From Callorhinchus milii (Eukaryota): a stretch of DNA of 64,000 nucleotides. Where the stretch lies: the NCBI RefSeq assembly GCF_018977255.1, contig NW_024704743.1, positions 36,086,001 through 36,150,000 on the forward strand. Reading direction: 5' to 3'. Under the pieces are notes generated by a model. That model was not told where the DNA came from. It did no database searches and worked only from the letters and a program-made list of their open reading frames with translations. The translations under genes and the position numbers were made by a program. The number at the start of each line of letters is the position of its first letter. The stretch's first letter is position 1. Shown piece after piece: positions 1 to 13,008 of this stretch.

Positions 1-319
1 GTTTATATAGGACTTTACAGCACCGAAACAAGCCATTTGGTCCTACTGGTTCACACAATTGTTTGATATCAGTGGCCTTGGAGGAGGAAAATCTTTTCTG
101 TAAATTAAGTGATTCTACTAGTCACTAAACACTCAGATATATATTGTGCAAATAGATATTCATTTAAGTCTTTGCCCTCACTAGACGCAACTGCCTCTTT
201 TGATTTTTTTAAAAAAGTTGTGTGAATTTTATGCTGCTTCAAGTGAGGGAAGCTTATGTTGGAGAGTGAAAGACTTTTCTAACTTTTGTTGTAATAATAA
301 TTAGAATATACACATACCC

Positions 320-652
320 CTTGCATTTGATATAGCACCTTATGATGTCAAGATATCTCAAAGCACTTCACAGGATATACTCTAAAGTGGATTTGACTGT
401 GTATCTTAATCACATGTCTCAATGATGTGATAAGGCGCTGTATCAAATTATTATTATTATTATTTTGTAGGTGAAACACAGCAGTCAGTATTGTGCACAA
501 CAGTCCCACAAACAACCATGGAGTGAGCGACCAATTTTAGTTTGCACTGGAGTGTCAGCTTAGACTTTCTGAATTTTGAGTTCCTATATGGGGCTTGATC
601 CACAACCCTCTGACTCCGAGGTGAGAGTTCTACACGGAACCAGGCTGAAACA
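320..652 (-). mobile_element. Old DeuSINE (SacSINE1-like) remnant with L2-type tail
   Basis: Minus strand has a tRNA-like head (cggagtcagagggttgtggatcaagcccc), a Deu-like core (ttgtttgtgggactgttgtgcacaat) and a tail (gtgctatatcaaatgcaag). Degraded and composite. Confidence 0.6.
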
Positions 653-1849
653 CTCCCATTAGTAATTCCATCAGTGATTTAAAAAAAAACTTGCAACAAA
701 GACAATCCATTACTTTGAACACAGTGAACCATAATGTTTATAATTAGCTGGTTAAATGAGAAATTGTAAAGACAACATGTTTTCTTCAATGATTGCACAC
801 GTGTATATGTGCTTATAAAGTAGAGGAGGGTGAGTTTTTTAAAAAAAGTCTGCTGATGTCCTGTACTCCATTGCTTCTTATAATACTGGTGTGACAGGGA
901 AATCTGTACCTCTTTCTGCTCTACTAGCTATGAAATCAGTCCTGTAGCTGGAAATCAGAGATAGGACATTGATATGAATATAACTAAATAGCCATCTTTT
1001 AAAGAATTCTGCTCTGCTTTTACTTTTTTATATAGCATGTTAATAATCAGATGTAAGAGTTCACAGAGTTTGTAATGATATTTGATGTTACCAATATTGA
1101 AAACTGACAAAGATGGTTATTTCATGCAATTATTCCAAATTCACCCATTTATTCCTTAATTAAAGATATTAAATGTGTCTTGTCACTGAGAAAGTTTGCC
1201 TGACTGTAGTCACTTAACACAGATGCCTCTGTGAAGGATGGATGAGATAACTAAGGTGATTTTAAGCATGAGGGATCTACTTAAATTAGCTGCGGTGCAC
1301 TGTTCTGGAGTAGAATCTAGACACTATCATTATACTTCACGCAGCTGAACCATTTGGGAATAGGGATGGTGACACACTGGATTACGGAGGAAAAACAGCT
1401 TCTCAAATGTCTTCTCAGGTTTTCAGGAAACATATAAAGCCCTGTGTTAAATCAACAATCTCGATGTGAAAGGTGCTATGTAAATTTTTGTAGTTTAGTA
1501 TTGGTCGGAAAATATTGTTGCACAATTTTGAAACATCATAGTGTTCAACTTCAGCATCTGGCTGAGAAGTCATTCGTTCATAGAAAGTGGACAGTGGTTC
1601 AAACATGGCTGCATAATTCCTTGCCAGCTTGGTAGCAGAGTTTGGCTGCTCACACAGATTTCTTCATTGTTATTCTCAGTGGGACGTTAGGGTAGGAGTA
1701 ATTCAAACAGGTTGTTCAATCTTTTGTATTGGTAATACAGAGTTAGTAATGAAAGAAATAACTTCTATTTTTATTGCACTTTTTTACTTATCGTTGAAAT
1801 ATTTTAAAGACCTTCATAGTTAATTACTGTCAAGTGTGTGAATGTTATT

Positions 1850-2050
1850 GCGGGCAAACATGGCAGTCATTTGTTCTCGCAAGTTCACATTAACAGCTAT
1901 GAAGTGAATGAGCAATTAATCTCGTGGATTGTTAGCGAGGACACCTCTTTTTGAATAGTGCCATGGACACCTGAAGAGGCAGATGGGACTTCAGCTTAAC
2001 ATCTTGTCCAAGGATACCAATGCAGTGCTCCACCAGACATCCACTGAAGA
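1850..2050 (-). mobile_element. DeuSINE/SacSINE1-like fragment
   Basis: Reverse complement contains ccatggcactattcaaaaagaggtgtcct and agatgttaagctg, matching the body of the other old SINE copies. Confidence 0.5.
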
Positions 2051-2315
2051 GTCCGTCTGTTTTACGGTGCTGTATAATGAAAATATAAGGATGTCAGTTT
2101 GTAACTTGTTTATGAAAGGCGCCCTTCATGAATGTGCAGCAATGGTGGCCATTTTTCAGGAAAAGTTATTAGGACAAAGGAAGTGAAGATGGGATGGTCA
2201 CTTTGGTTTTGTCTTCTGCTATAACATAGTGTTTGGGTTAATGGACCAGAAACAGCATGTTATAACAAGGTACTTACCTGTTTATTCTAAGACGATTTTT
2301 TGCTCCTTCCCCATA

Positions 2316-2712
2316 CAACTACAACAATTTACATTTATACTGTGCCTTTTATGTCAGGAGGATATCTCTCAGTGCTTCACACACTGACTTGGAATTGGGG
2401 AGGGGAGAGAGAATGTACATGTGGAAGTGGATGCCAAACCTACAGATGATGCCACTAAGAGCACATGTAGATGGTGAAGAGAAATGGACCGAAGATACAC
2501 CCCTGAGGAACACCACATGTGATCGTACGAGGGCAGAAAAAGGCATTGGAAGAGATGAAATGAAGACACTAGGAGATAACTAAGTTATGAAAGGACAGAG
2601 ACATTGAGGGGGAGCACGGAGGAGAGATGGTGGTGAAGGATGCAGTGGTCAATGGGGTCAGAGAGGTCGAGGAGGAGAAGAAGGCCCTGGCTGCAGATTG
2701 AGAGACTAGGGA
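2316..2712 (-). mobile_element. Degraded L2 LINE 3' fragment
   Basis: Minus-strand L2-type tail (ataaatgtaaattgttgtagttg) followed by decayed L2 3' sequence. Confidence 0.55.
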
Positions 2713-3042
2713 TGTCTCTTTCTTATCACAATATGATTTTTTTTAAAACTGGGGTAAAAATGACATTTGAAATGAAGACACTAGGAGATAACTAAGTTAG
2801 GAAAGGACAGAGACTTTGAGGGGGAGCACGGAGGAGAGATCTTAATAGATTTCCATTTTCCCCCACCAGCCATCACATGGGCATATTATTGAGTCGCATG
2901 GCTAGTTAATGCCAGATTAAGGTCAGTTTAGTGCTTTGAGCTTCGTTCATTAGAAATTGTGGAAAACTGCCAAGAAAAATATTAAGGACAAAATTTGGTA
3001 TTCCTAAATGTAGTCCATAATTAATATTTCAATTTTTGGGGA

Positions 3043-3255
3043 GTCAGATGGATGACTGCCACATGTGGAAACCCATCACTATGCTTAAGAGTATCCAAAC
3101 CAAACTGACATTTCCATGCATCCCACCCACACATGGAAATTCCAAAGATATTTGGAATGCACACACTCCCTCCCTGGAACAACGCAGCCTGCTTACCTAA
3201 TTCCGGGACGTATTAGGCGCAGGTTAGCAAGCGTTTAGGCTTGGGGACCCTATGC
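3043..3255 (+). repeat. Unclassified interspersed repeat, copy 1 of 3
   Basis: Shares cttaagagt.tccaaaccaa.ctga and tgcttacctaattcc with 8290-8517 (-), and the 5' part with 49835-49965 (+). Confidence 0.7.
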
Positions 3256-3461
3256 GGTATTGCAGAAGCCAGATAAAACCACATTGCTTGCCATTGAAAG
3301 CACTGCCTCTGAGCTTTCCCGCAATAAACAAGGCATCAGCGCTTTATTGCTAAGTTACAAAGAATTACAGCACAGAAACACGACACTTGGCCCAAGCAGG
3401 CCATGCTGGTGTTTTTCTCCACATGTGTCTAATTAGTTGAGTTTAGATCCCCAGATGTCAT

Positions 3462-3915
3462 CCTCAGGCTGTGTAGAGCTCTGCTCAGATCACAGCTAGA
3501 ATACTGCATAGAGCTGTGGTCAAGGGGCTGCCCAGGCACTATAGGCAGTGTCAAGGAAGGAGAGCAATGATGATGATCCTCAGTGTTACAGGAATGACCT
3601 ATCAACAATGATTAGACAACAGGGACCTTCTAGAGGTGTACAAAGTTTTGAAAGGGATTGAAAAAGTCAACCCAGAACAACACTTTAGGATCCACCAAGA
3701 CAGTACAACAAAAGGACATGGGTGTAGAGTTGCAAATATGTTTTTCAGGACAAATCGGAGGGTAATCATGGCCTCGAACAGGTTGCCAGGAGAGGTGGTA
3801 GAGGCCAGGATACCGGATTAATTAAAAAAACAGCTTCATGCTGTGATTGGGGGGAGGGTAAGGGGTCTGGAATGCTGGTTGTGATGACATGGGTCAAAGG
3901 GCCTTCTTCATCTAT
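3462..3915 (+). mobile_element. CR1 LINE 3' fragment (decayed ORF2 C-terminus)
   Basis: Encodes RLCRALLRSQLEYCIELWS (cf. CR1 LYxALVRPHLEYCVQFWSP) and EVYKVLKGIEKVNPE...TTKGH. Ends in a CR1-like tail (gggtcaaagggccttct). Confidence 0.75.
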
Positions 3916-4734
3916 ACCAATCTTGTGAATGGAAACCAAAGTGGAAAGTGAGATGCCCGTGGGTGAACCCATTCTCAGGCGTGGGGATAGATGATCTGTC
4001 CCAAACCTGTCGTTAAGAACAGTTGTTTAGGGATATGTTGTAACGGCATTTTCTGTCCAGTCGATGAAGTGTTCCTTACTTAAAAAATTTTGTTAAATCA
4101 GGAACTGAATCGATTTAGGAATACACATTCCCCCATGTGTGTTTGGTACTACTGAACATTATCAGCATGCTCAACACTGTCATATGAGGGCAACTGAGTG
4201 CATGCCTGGAAGACGGATGGACATATGGACATTTATTTTCATGCCCTTGCCCAGGGACAATAAAACAAGAACACAATCTCTTTCAAGGAGTAAATCACCT
4301 GGTTAGTCCGGTCGTGCACAGTATGCTACAATTGTGATTAAACTCCTATCTTTTCTTTTCCATTTGCTTTTTTTTAGTAACAGTGGTATAATGGTATCCA
4401 TTATACTATACCACAATTTCAACCCTGCGACCATTTTAGAAAATGTTCGGAGATATCTCCTGACTTCTGAGCAATGGTACATCCAAAGCCGATTGGAAAA
4501 ACGCTAAGAATCACCATCCTGAATTCCCGCTTAGCTATATTTTACGTCCAATTCCATTGACTTGACTCCTTTTAGTTAGAAAAGCACAGCGATTCAATAA
4601 GGTGGACATTAATAGTCTATATCCATTTGTCGCTGAAGCTAAAAGGAGGTGATTCTGGAAAGTGTCCCACTAATTATTATTAGATTAAATCCTTTGATTT
4701 GATATAGCTTCATCTATATAGTGTCTGGTATCTG

Positions 4735-5400
4735 TAGACAGATGCAGCAGTCAATTTGCTCACAGCAATATCCAACATACAGCTGTGATGTGAAAGAGCC
4801 AGCTTTATTTGGGTGATTGTTAGCCAGGACACCAGGAGAAACTTCCTTCTCTTTTCGAATAGTGCCATTAACATCTACCTGAACACACAGAAATAAACTT
4901 GAAAATAATGCCTTTAGATGAATAGAAAATTAATAAACTTTGCATATGATATAGCTCTTATAACGTTTAATATAGGAGCACATGTTATAGGAGCTTTAAT
5001 GTTTGATGCTCCTTGATATAGTTCCTATAATGTATAATGCTTCTTGACATAGCTCCTATAATGCTTCACATTTGGTTGGAAGCAGATTCTCCCAGTGGTA
5101 CGCCGATATACCAACAAATAAATTGATTATGGACTTCATGGCAATTTGTGAGAAAATACTCTGCACAAAATGACTATTTGTTGGCAACCACAGTAGTCAT
5201 TTTGTGCACAGTGTGGTCCCACAAACAGCCAGAAAGTCAATAATCAATTTATTTGTGTTAGGCGGGTCACTGGGACAAACTCCCTTCCCTTTTTGAATCA
5301 TGTTCTGGGACCTAACCTCTAAACTCCACCTGAACAGACAGTCGGAACACAGGTTAATATCTTATTTGAGGGGCAGTTCTTCTAACGATACAGTGCTCCA
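4735..5400 (-). mobile_element. Cluster of DeuSINE/SacSINE1-like fragments, with a short tandem repeat and a fold-back
   Basis: Motifs gccaggacaccaggagaaact, gaatagtgcc, cacctgaacagaca and a Deu core match the old SINE family. Confidence 0.55.
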
Positions 5401-7964
5401 AAATAGAAGTTGGATTTCATTTTTCGATTGGAATTTAAGTAGGGAGCAATTTGGTGCTTTGCCAGAAGTGTAATTGCACTGCCTGGAGAGAAAGCCAATT
5501 GAACTGTAGCAGGATTTTATTTAGAAAACAGGGTGCTGTAAAATATATCGAGAAAATATGTTGAGCGAGGGAATTTTATACAACCTTCCTCCCCCACAAT
5601 TAAATCAGGGTGTATTTTGGAAGTTGTGCATGTCCTGAAACTCCACTCACTGCAATAGCATTTCTGGCAAAATGGTAAAAAAAAATCCCCTGAAAAATGC
5701 AGCCTCCCACAAAACTTACAAAAATTGGTAACTGACGGTGTTGAATATGAGTTATAAAAATTGGCTTATGTGTGAAAATAGTTTTTTTCTGATTGACTTT
5801 CATCGAATAAATGAAACTGGTATTTGTTGGTGAATATTGGCAAAACATGACTTTGATGATCCTTGGCTATTAGTTTCTGCTAAGTATCACTGAATTTGTA
5901 GTGAGTACTTTGTGTGCCATTAGCTTATTTCCAGGAATAAGTCAACTAATGTTTATAACCTGTCACTGAATTGCCAGAATTGCAACTCTTTTATAGTCAG
6001 CCATGTTAATGGAAATAAAAATAGAATCCTATGAAGCTATAGGATACATTGCAGTCTAATTGTCCAAATGTATCACATTTCTCTTCCCCAAGCCGAATAA
6101 ACAGGGTCTGTGTTTTACAGTTCCTAGGAGCTAGTTTTCTCTAGGTTTCCTGACTTTTCATGCTACCCACTGATTTAATTCAGTAATATCCCTTTTTAGC
6201 TACACTCAAACGCTGGCCACGGGAATCTCAACCACTGGGTAACTTTTGGCACAGGGATTTCCTCAGGTGCAACTGTTCTGCTGAGATCATGGGAGGAGGG
6301 GAGAAAATTCTTACATCGAACTGCAAATTTCAATTGACTGTTTCATGACCAATAAAGCAAAGAGGCATCTGCTCCCCAACCTCTGTTTTAAACAATCTTA
6401 ACCCATCAATATTTTATTATTACAATTGGTATCAGTACTGGCTAGAAGGGACATGGGTAGACTTGCCTTCTGATTTTAATTTTGCCCTTTTCTCATTTTG
6501 GAATTCACACTTCTTTAACACCACCCAGATCTACCAGTCCATTTTGCAATCATTCCATGCTGTTATTTCTTTAGAATGACTCATATAAGCTACATATTTA
6601 TGTGCATGTTTCATGTGGCAGCAAAGATTTTAAACCACTCAAATTTACCCCCAATTACCAGAAATACATCTACCACTTCTATAAATTCTTTGAGATAACA
6701 TGTTCTGACTTGTATGAAAATAACTATTGCATTGGGGATCATCATTTATTAATTGCTTAAATTATAAGCATTTGCCTACAAATACACAGTCTCTTTCTTT
6801 ACAGTATATCATGTGAAGTGCTTTGAGAAATCCCCCTGACACGAAAGGCACTATTATCAAATGCAAGAATTATTATTAATAGTAAGTAGCAGCCTTTTAT
6901 TACCTCTTTACGGTGGGAATATATAATGTAAATATATAATGATTAAGATCACTAATTTTTAGCGTCCACGCATAGTGGAACTCATACAAATTCTGGTGGG
7001 AAGTTTTTATTCTCTTATGTTCATGGAAGTGTTTTGAAAAACTGTGTAGAACATTGTGATACATGTGGGCTGTTAAATCGAGGTAGGCTCGTGATGTATG
7101 ATGCTTAAAATGGACCACAGTGCTCTTTAAAATGCTCATGCTATTCAGCTTCCAGGCATTCGCATTAAGAATACAACTGAATATCATTGCAACTGGAAAT
7201 GGACAGTCACCAGGGATTGGGAAATCTGCAATCTTGTGAGAAGTGGCATCAGTGGAGTTTTATGAGCTCAGTGTCACCCAGGTTCCAATCTGAGGACATT
7301 TCGGTTCTTGAGTATCTGTGGAGCAATGAAGCTATTCACAGAACATGACTGCAAAGTGGCATTAGCAATTGTTTCACTGTGGAAATGTCAGGGAGATATG
7401 CCTTGAATTTCATCTTCTGCTGTCAGTTCTTGCTATTCTTGTCAAAAAAGAAAACCTTATTTTACTGATGGTGTTCCAGATACAGCAGAAAAAAACGAGG
7501 CAGCCTTTTAACAATAAAGTATTTCTGTCTGAAAAACTCAGTCTGATCTTTAAAATTAATAAATGTGTTAGTTGCTTTGAAATGACTTACCAAGCACCTA
7601 GGTGATATGATTATATAGGCAAATGAATAACAGTGCTAAATTCACAATGTAATCTCAATTAATATTTTATATCCAATATTTGGGAGGTAATACTGCTCCA
7701 AAATATGTGCTGAACTGAATTGGCATTCCAGCCACATTGCGACAACTCCTCCAGCATTGAGGCCATATGGCTATGTGATGAAATACATACAGTCTGAATT
7801 TAACTAGTTTAGTGGTATTTTTCTTTTAATTCATGAGTTGGTGTGATGTTCTTGAACTTCTGAGGTGAATTTCGGAATCTGTGTTGTGTATATTCAATTG
7901 TGGAGTAATATCTTTCGTTATTGTCTGTGTGTGCACTAACGTTTGTGTTGCTTTCCAAAGCTTG

Positions 7965-8222
7965 CAACAACATACTTATATAGCACTTTTCACATCGGGA
8001 GGATGTCCCAAGGTACTTGACAGTCCAGGGTTTACACCCAAGCTGTGATTGGGAGCCGGAGGCATTGGGGACAGTGGGGGGAAAGATTAACAAAAGGCGT
8101 GCTCAAAAAGGAAGGTCTTGAGACAGACCTTGAAGGAAGCCAGAGGAAGGTGAGCTGTAGGGTCTCGAGGATGGAGTTACATAGAATGTGGGCCCATTCC
8201 TGCTGAGCAGAGGGAGTGGGTG
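7965..8222 (-). mobile_element. L2 LINE 3' end
   Basis: Reverse complement ends ttgggacatcctcccgatgtgaaaagtgctatataagtatgttgttg. Confidence 0.75.
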
Positions 8223-8289
8223 GGTTTCATGAAAGAATGAAACAATGATGAGATCAAACCAATGCTGTGGGTGGTTGTGTGATCAGCCA

Positions 8290-8517
8290 GAAAGTATTTG
8301 GTGCAGGTTGGCAAGAGCCAAGGCTTGGGGACCCTAGAATGTGCATAGGAATTAGGTAAGCACGATCCATCCTTCCAGGGAGACGGTTTACATTCCATTC
8401 CAATAAATATCTCATAAATTTCCCTATAACAGATGGGATGATTGGAACTCTCAGCTTGGTTTGGAAACTCTTAAGTATGGTGATAGGTTTCCGCATGTGT
8501 CAGACACCCGTCTGACC
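8290..8517 (-). repeat. Unclassified interspersed repeat, copy 2 of 3
   Basis: Homologous to 3043-3255. Carries the small hairpin gtcagac-accc-gtctgac near one end. Confidence 0.7.
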
Positions 8518-9061
8518 AAAACAAAATCCCTCAAATAAAATTGGTCATTCGCTTCAAGGCTGTTTGTGGAACATTGCTGTGTGCAAATAGATTGCCACAT
8601 TTTCCAAGAATACAGTTCTACCCTTTACAGTAAAATCTTGTTCAGCCAGTAACTCTTAAGCCACTGTCGCAATGATGCCATTAACATTCAACATGTGTTT
8701 TCTTAGTTGTACTTTGTGAATGGCAGAAACTATTGATTAAAAGGATTCTGATGATGAGATTCCCTTTTTTGAGAAAATTATGCAGTAAAACGGTAAGGTC
8801 AGCTTTAATAGCGCAATTGCCTTTTGGTATATAATAAACATTCCTTGATGCTCCCTGTATTCAAGTTAGTTAATTTTAGTTGGTTAATTAGTGTTAGTTA
8901 ATTGCTTGATTTGCCAATGTATTATGCTATCAGGAACACTTGAAAACATTTCATGCAGCATTTGTGCAAAAGTAATGTTACTTCATTTAGGAATGGGCCA
9001 CCTGATTATTATTATTATTAAGGTTGGAAAAGCATGTGGGAAGGTGTACCAGGTGCAAAGA

Positions 9062-9675
9062 AACTACAACAAATTATATTTGTATAGCTTCTCTCATGTT
9101 GGGAGTATGTACCAATCAAGGATTTGGATCCGAGCAGGGGGTTGGGATCAGGCTGGGTGGAGGGCAGTGAGCATAGGGGTAACTGGGTAACCGAAGACGT
9201 GGTAGAAGAGGAAGATCTTGAGATGTGCCTTGAAGGAGGCAAAGGAGGGAGCAAGGCGAAGGGAATGTAGGATGGAGCTTCAAAGGGTTGGGGCAGAGAG
9301 GCTGAAGGCCCGGCCGCCGGTGGTGGGGCGGGCAGGGTGGGGGATTTGAAGCAGGTCGGAGCCCACTGAGCGGAGAGAGCTGACAGGTTAATACAGGGTT
9401 AGTAGGTCACAGAAGTAGGAAGGAGCAAGGCCGTGGAGGGCCTTGAAGGCGAGGATGAGGATTTTGAACCCTATTCTCTGGGGGATGTGGAGCCAGTGGA
9501 GCCGGGCAAGGATGGGGATGATAGAGTCACGGAGCCTGGTGCGGGAGAGGACACGAGCTGTAGAGATCTGCAGCTTGTGGAGGGAAGAGTTGGAAGGCTG
9601 ACAAGCAGGGAATTAGAGTAGTCGAGCTCAGATGTAAGAAATGAGTGGATGAGGGTCTTAGCGGCCTCAGGGGGT
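9062..9675 (-). mobile_element. L2 LINE 3' fragment
   Basis: Translates to PEAAKTLIHSFLTSELDYSNSLLVSLP (L2 ORF2 C-terminal motif), followed by 3' UTR and GTT-rich tail. Confidence 0.9.
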
Positions 9676-10201
9676 AGCTGTTGGAAGAGCAAAGGCAGCC
9701 GAGCGAATCCCCTCAATTTTGGTCTCAAGGATGTCCAGCACCTTCTCGCAGTTGGAGTGGGAGGAGAGGATGAACGAGGCATGAGAGGGAGAGAGAGGGA
9801 GGGACGGAGGCGTGAGAGAAAAACAGCCTTTGTTTGTTTATAGAGGTGTGCCAGTTTTCTCAAACATCCTGCCCAACTCTAAAAGTTTGTCTGTATATTT
9901 TTTCCCATACCTAATCTGGCCTCTATCACTGTAGGTGTGACTGAATGACCTTTGCCAGCTGGCATTTAAAACAGGATCTGGCTTTGTACAAATATTCTTA
10001 ACTGAGGTGATCAAACACAATTGTTACAGTGTGATGTTAACCATTTGGGATTTTTATTGCATTTCTTTTGAACCCAGATAATCATTTTAAAGGAGTATTG
10101 TCACCTGTCAGCATGTCTTGCAAAACAAGTTTACGAGGTTATAAAATAAACATGTATATAATTGTAGGAACAAAGTCAAAATTTTAGGAGCCAAATATTG
10201 T

Positions 10202-10563
10202 GGAGTCCTGTCACTTTATGGTTAGAGCACTCGCCTTGCAAGTGAGAGGACTTGGGTTCAATTCCTGGGCAGGGCAAAATGTTGGACAAATTTCCTTACT
10301 CCACACTACTCTCTTTACCTAGCAGTAAGTGGGAACCTGGTTGTTAGTCAAATGACGGATCGCTTTTCCGGGGATAATAATCCCTTTTTAAAAAAAACTT
10401 GGTCACTTCAATCCAGACTGTTTGTGGGAGGGACACTGCTGTGCGCAATTGGCTGCCCACAAAATATACAATCAATTCACTTTACAGTATATTCTGTGAC
10501 GCGCTTTCAGACATCTCGAAGACGTGACAAGGCACGATATCAAATGTGAGGATTATTATTATT
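10202..10563 (+). mobile_element. tRNA-Ala-derived SINE, long form (resembles Callorhinchus SINE2-1)
   Basis: ggagtcctg head with A/B boxes, Deu-like core ctgtttgtggga...gctgtgcgcaattggctgcc, and (att)n tail. Confidence 0.9.
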
Positions 10564-11707
10564 GTCAATTAATGTCAGTTTTTGTCAATTATTTTTGCTC
10601 AAATATTCCCGGAGAGGTAAACACCTTTTACAGCAAGTAGGAAGTGGCAAAACCAATTACAGACTAGCATGTGAGAGGCTCTCTCAGACTGTCTAGTTAG
10701 TGAGATTAACAAGTTCCTGTCACTTAGGAATCACCCATGTCAGTCAACCCAACCAGTGACCAGTGGAATTAGTGGAAGCTTGATTTACTTTGTTACCTTC
10801 AGAACCCAGGCTCATTATCTGTCTCTTTTACCTTACTTATTGAGTCACAGGACCATCCCCTGTACAGTACCCTAAACAATACAAAATGGTTCAAAAAATG
10901 TAATCACCAGTTATGGGGTCAGAAATAAGTTACAACAACTTGCATTCACCCGGGTAGCGTCTCGAGCGCTGAAAATACTTAATGTTGTTAAGATTATTAA
11001 ATATGTTAATTCAATCTTTTGATAGTGCTTTGTGATGGAATTTTGGGCCTCAAATCACTGTTTAAACTCATATTTTGCTTTGATTTCTCACTAATTATTG
11101 AACTTCCACATATAAATAGGGATTTGCCATCCTATGGACACTTTTCATAATTGGGTTTGATATAAGACCTTGTTTTGGGATGATCGCATAAGTTTCTCTG
11201 ATATCTCCCATGCATTTAATGAGTCTTCATCAGTTTGTTGTTTGTTGTTACAGTCTACTCTAAGGCCTTCCTGCCAGTTTTGATTAAACAGAAGAATTCA
11301 CCATTTGGCTGACTTGTTTTTAAAAGTTTTTATTTCATGCTGCAATAAAAACTTGGCTGCTGACCCCGTCAAATCGACCTCAACCATCAGTTGGTTTCAA
11401 AATCTGAATTGATTACAGGAAGCAGTTCACACAACACTTGCCTAAGCTTTCTTCCACTTCATGCAACCTTTCGAAGTGTGAAGAGAGCTCCCAGCTCAAC
11501 ACAAGGACTTGAACCGACTACTCGTGCACTGGAAGGTTACCCTGGCAACAAAGAAGTTGAAGCGTGATTCCTGCAGGCAAAGCAAGAAACCTTGGGTTGC
11601 TGTACAATGCCTGAGAGTCCCTGTAGAAATTCAATACTGATGCGATGCTGCATCTGGTTTACAAAAACTCAGAGAAAGCTCCTTGTTTCTACAGGATTCT
11701 GTTGAAT

Positions 11708-11943
11708 CCAACAACGATTTGCATTTATGTAGCACTCTTTGCATTGATAACATCTGGGAATGCTTCACACAGGCTGGGCTGGACATAGACCAAAGGAGCA
11801 GGGGGTGGGGCGACCAAAGGTGCTGTCGAAGAGGTTGGTTTTAAAGTGGCATTTAAAGATAGTTAAAGAGGGAGTGAGGTGGAGGAGTAGAGGCAGGGTG
11901 TTCCAAAGATAGGGGGCGTAATCACTGAAGGCACGCCCACCGC
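11708..11943 (-). mobile_element. L2 LINE 3' end
   Basis: Translates to GGRAFSDYAPYLWNTLP...FKCHFKTNLF, the L2 ORF2 terminus. Confidence 0.8.
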
Positions 11944-12657
11944 ATAAGTGCAAGTTGTTGTTATCAAATGCAAGGATTATTATAGCCAGACCAAAGAGCC
12001 CCATGAGCAAAGGTTTGAAAATACGTTCCCTGACACCTCTTATTACACAGAACCCTACAACACAGAATACAGGCCATTTGACCCAATCAATCCATGCTGG
12101 TATTCCTACTCCAAATGAGCCCTCCTCCCCTTTTTAAATCCCTCTCCTATTTCCCTTTAATAGCTGAGGGGCTGTGTTCACCTATGAATAACTTAAAAAA
12201 TATTTTTTTAAAAAAAAAGTGTTTTCTTTCGAAAAGCAAATTTGAGTTACTAACGTAAAATATTAATGGCTATTTTTGAAGCACAACACAATATATGCGA
12301 TCCATCCTTTGCCACCCTGCATTAAGAGCTGGCAGCACTGTTATAAATCTAATCACCACAGTGTGAAGAGATGTATGCTGTGGGCTATTGTTTTTTGTCT
12401 TGACCGGATTCTTCAATGATTGATTAAGTGAACTGAAGCTATTTTTACCCGAATTTGTTTTTTTAGAAATCATATTCCATACCTAATCCTCATTAAAGCC
12501 TAATGATTTGGGGGCAGAAACATTCCATGTTTATCAGGATGCAGCTCTGGTAAACAAGTCCCTGTATACAATGAGGAGCAAGAATCTTCTGCGCAGCAAA
12601 AGTTAACCAAAACGCTCCTTGCAAGGGAGAATGTAATAATAATGTTATGTGTAATGT

Positions 12658-13008
12658 GGATTCCTGTCGCTCAGTGGTTAGAGCACTCGCCTCACAAATG
12701 AGAGGACCCGGGTTTGATTCCCTGGCAGTGTAAAAATTTGGTCAAGTCTCCTTTCTCCACATTGCCTCTGTTTACCTAGCAGTAAGTAGGAATCCGGTTG
12801 TTAGTCGATTGGCAGATCGCTTTTCTAGTGGTCCCTTTTCCAGTGGTTCCTTATAATAAATCCACGAATGTTTGTGGGACACTGCTGTGTGCAATATGAT
12901 GCCACATTTCGCCCACAGTCAAGTCACCTTACAGTATATTCTGTGAAGCACTTTAAGACGTCTTGAAGAAGTGATAAGGTTCTATATCAAATGTATGGTT
13001 TATTATTA
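12658..13008 (+). mobile_element. tRNA-derived SINE, long form
   Basis: Same head, core and tail as 10202-10563. Confidence 0.9.

Noticed and set aside
11254..11349. Possible terminal coding exon (acceptor at 11253, YSKAFLPVLIKQKNSPFG-stop, AATAAA at 11344)
   Set aside because: Short unrecognised peptide, no upstream partner exon, and such signals arise by chance.
11480..11545. B-box-like ggttcaagtcc on the minus strand as a tRNA relic
   Set aside because: No A box or cloverleaf.
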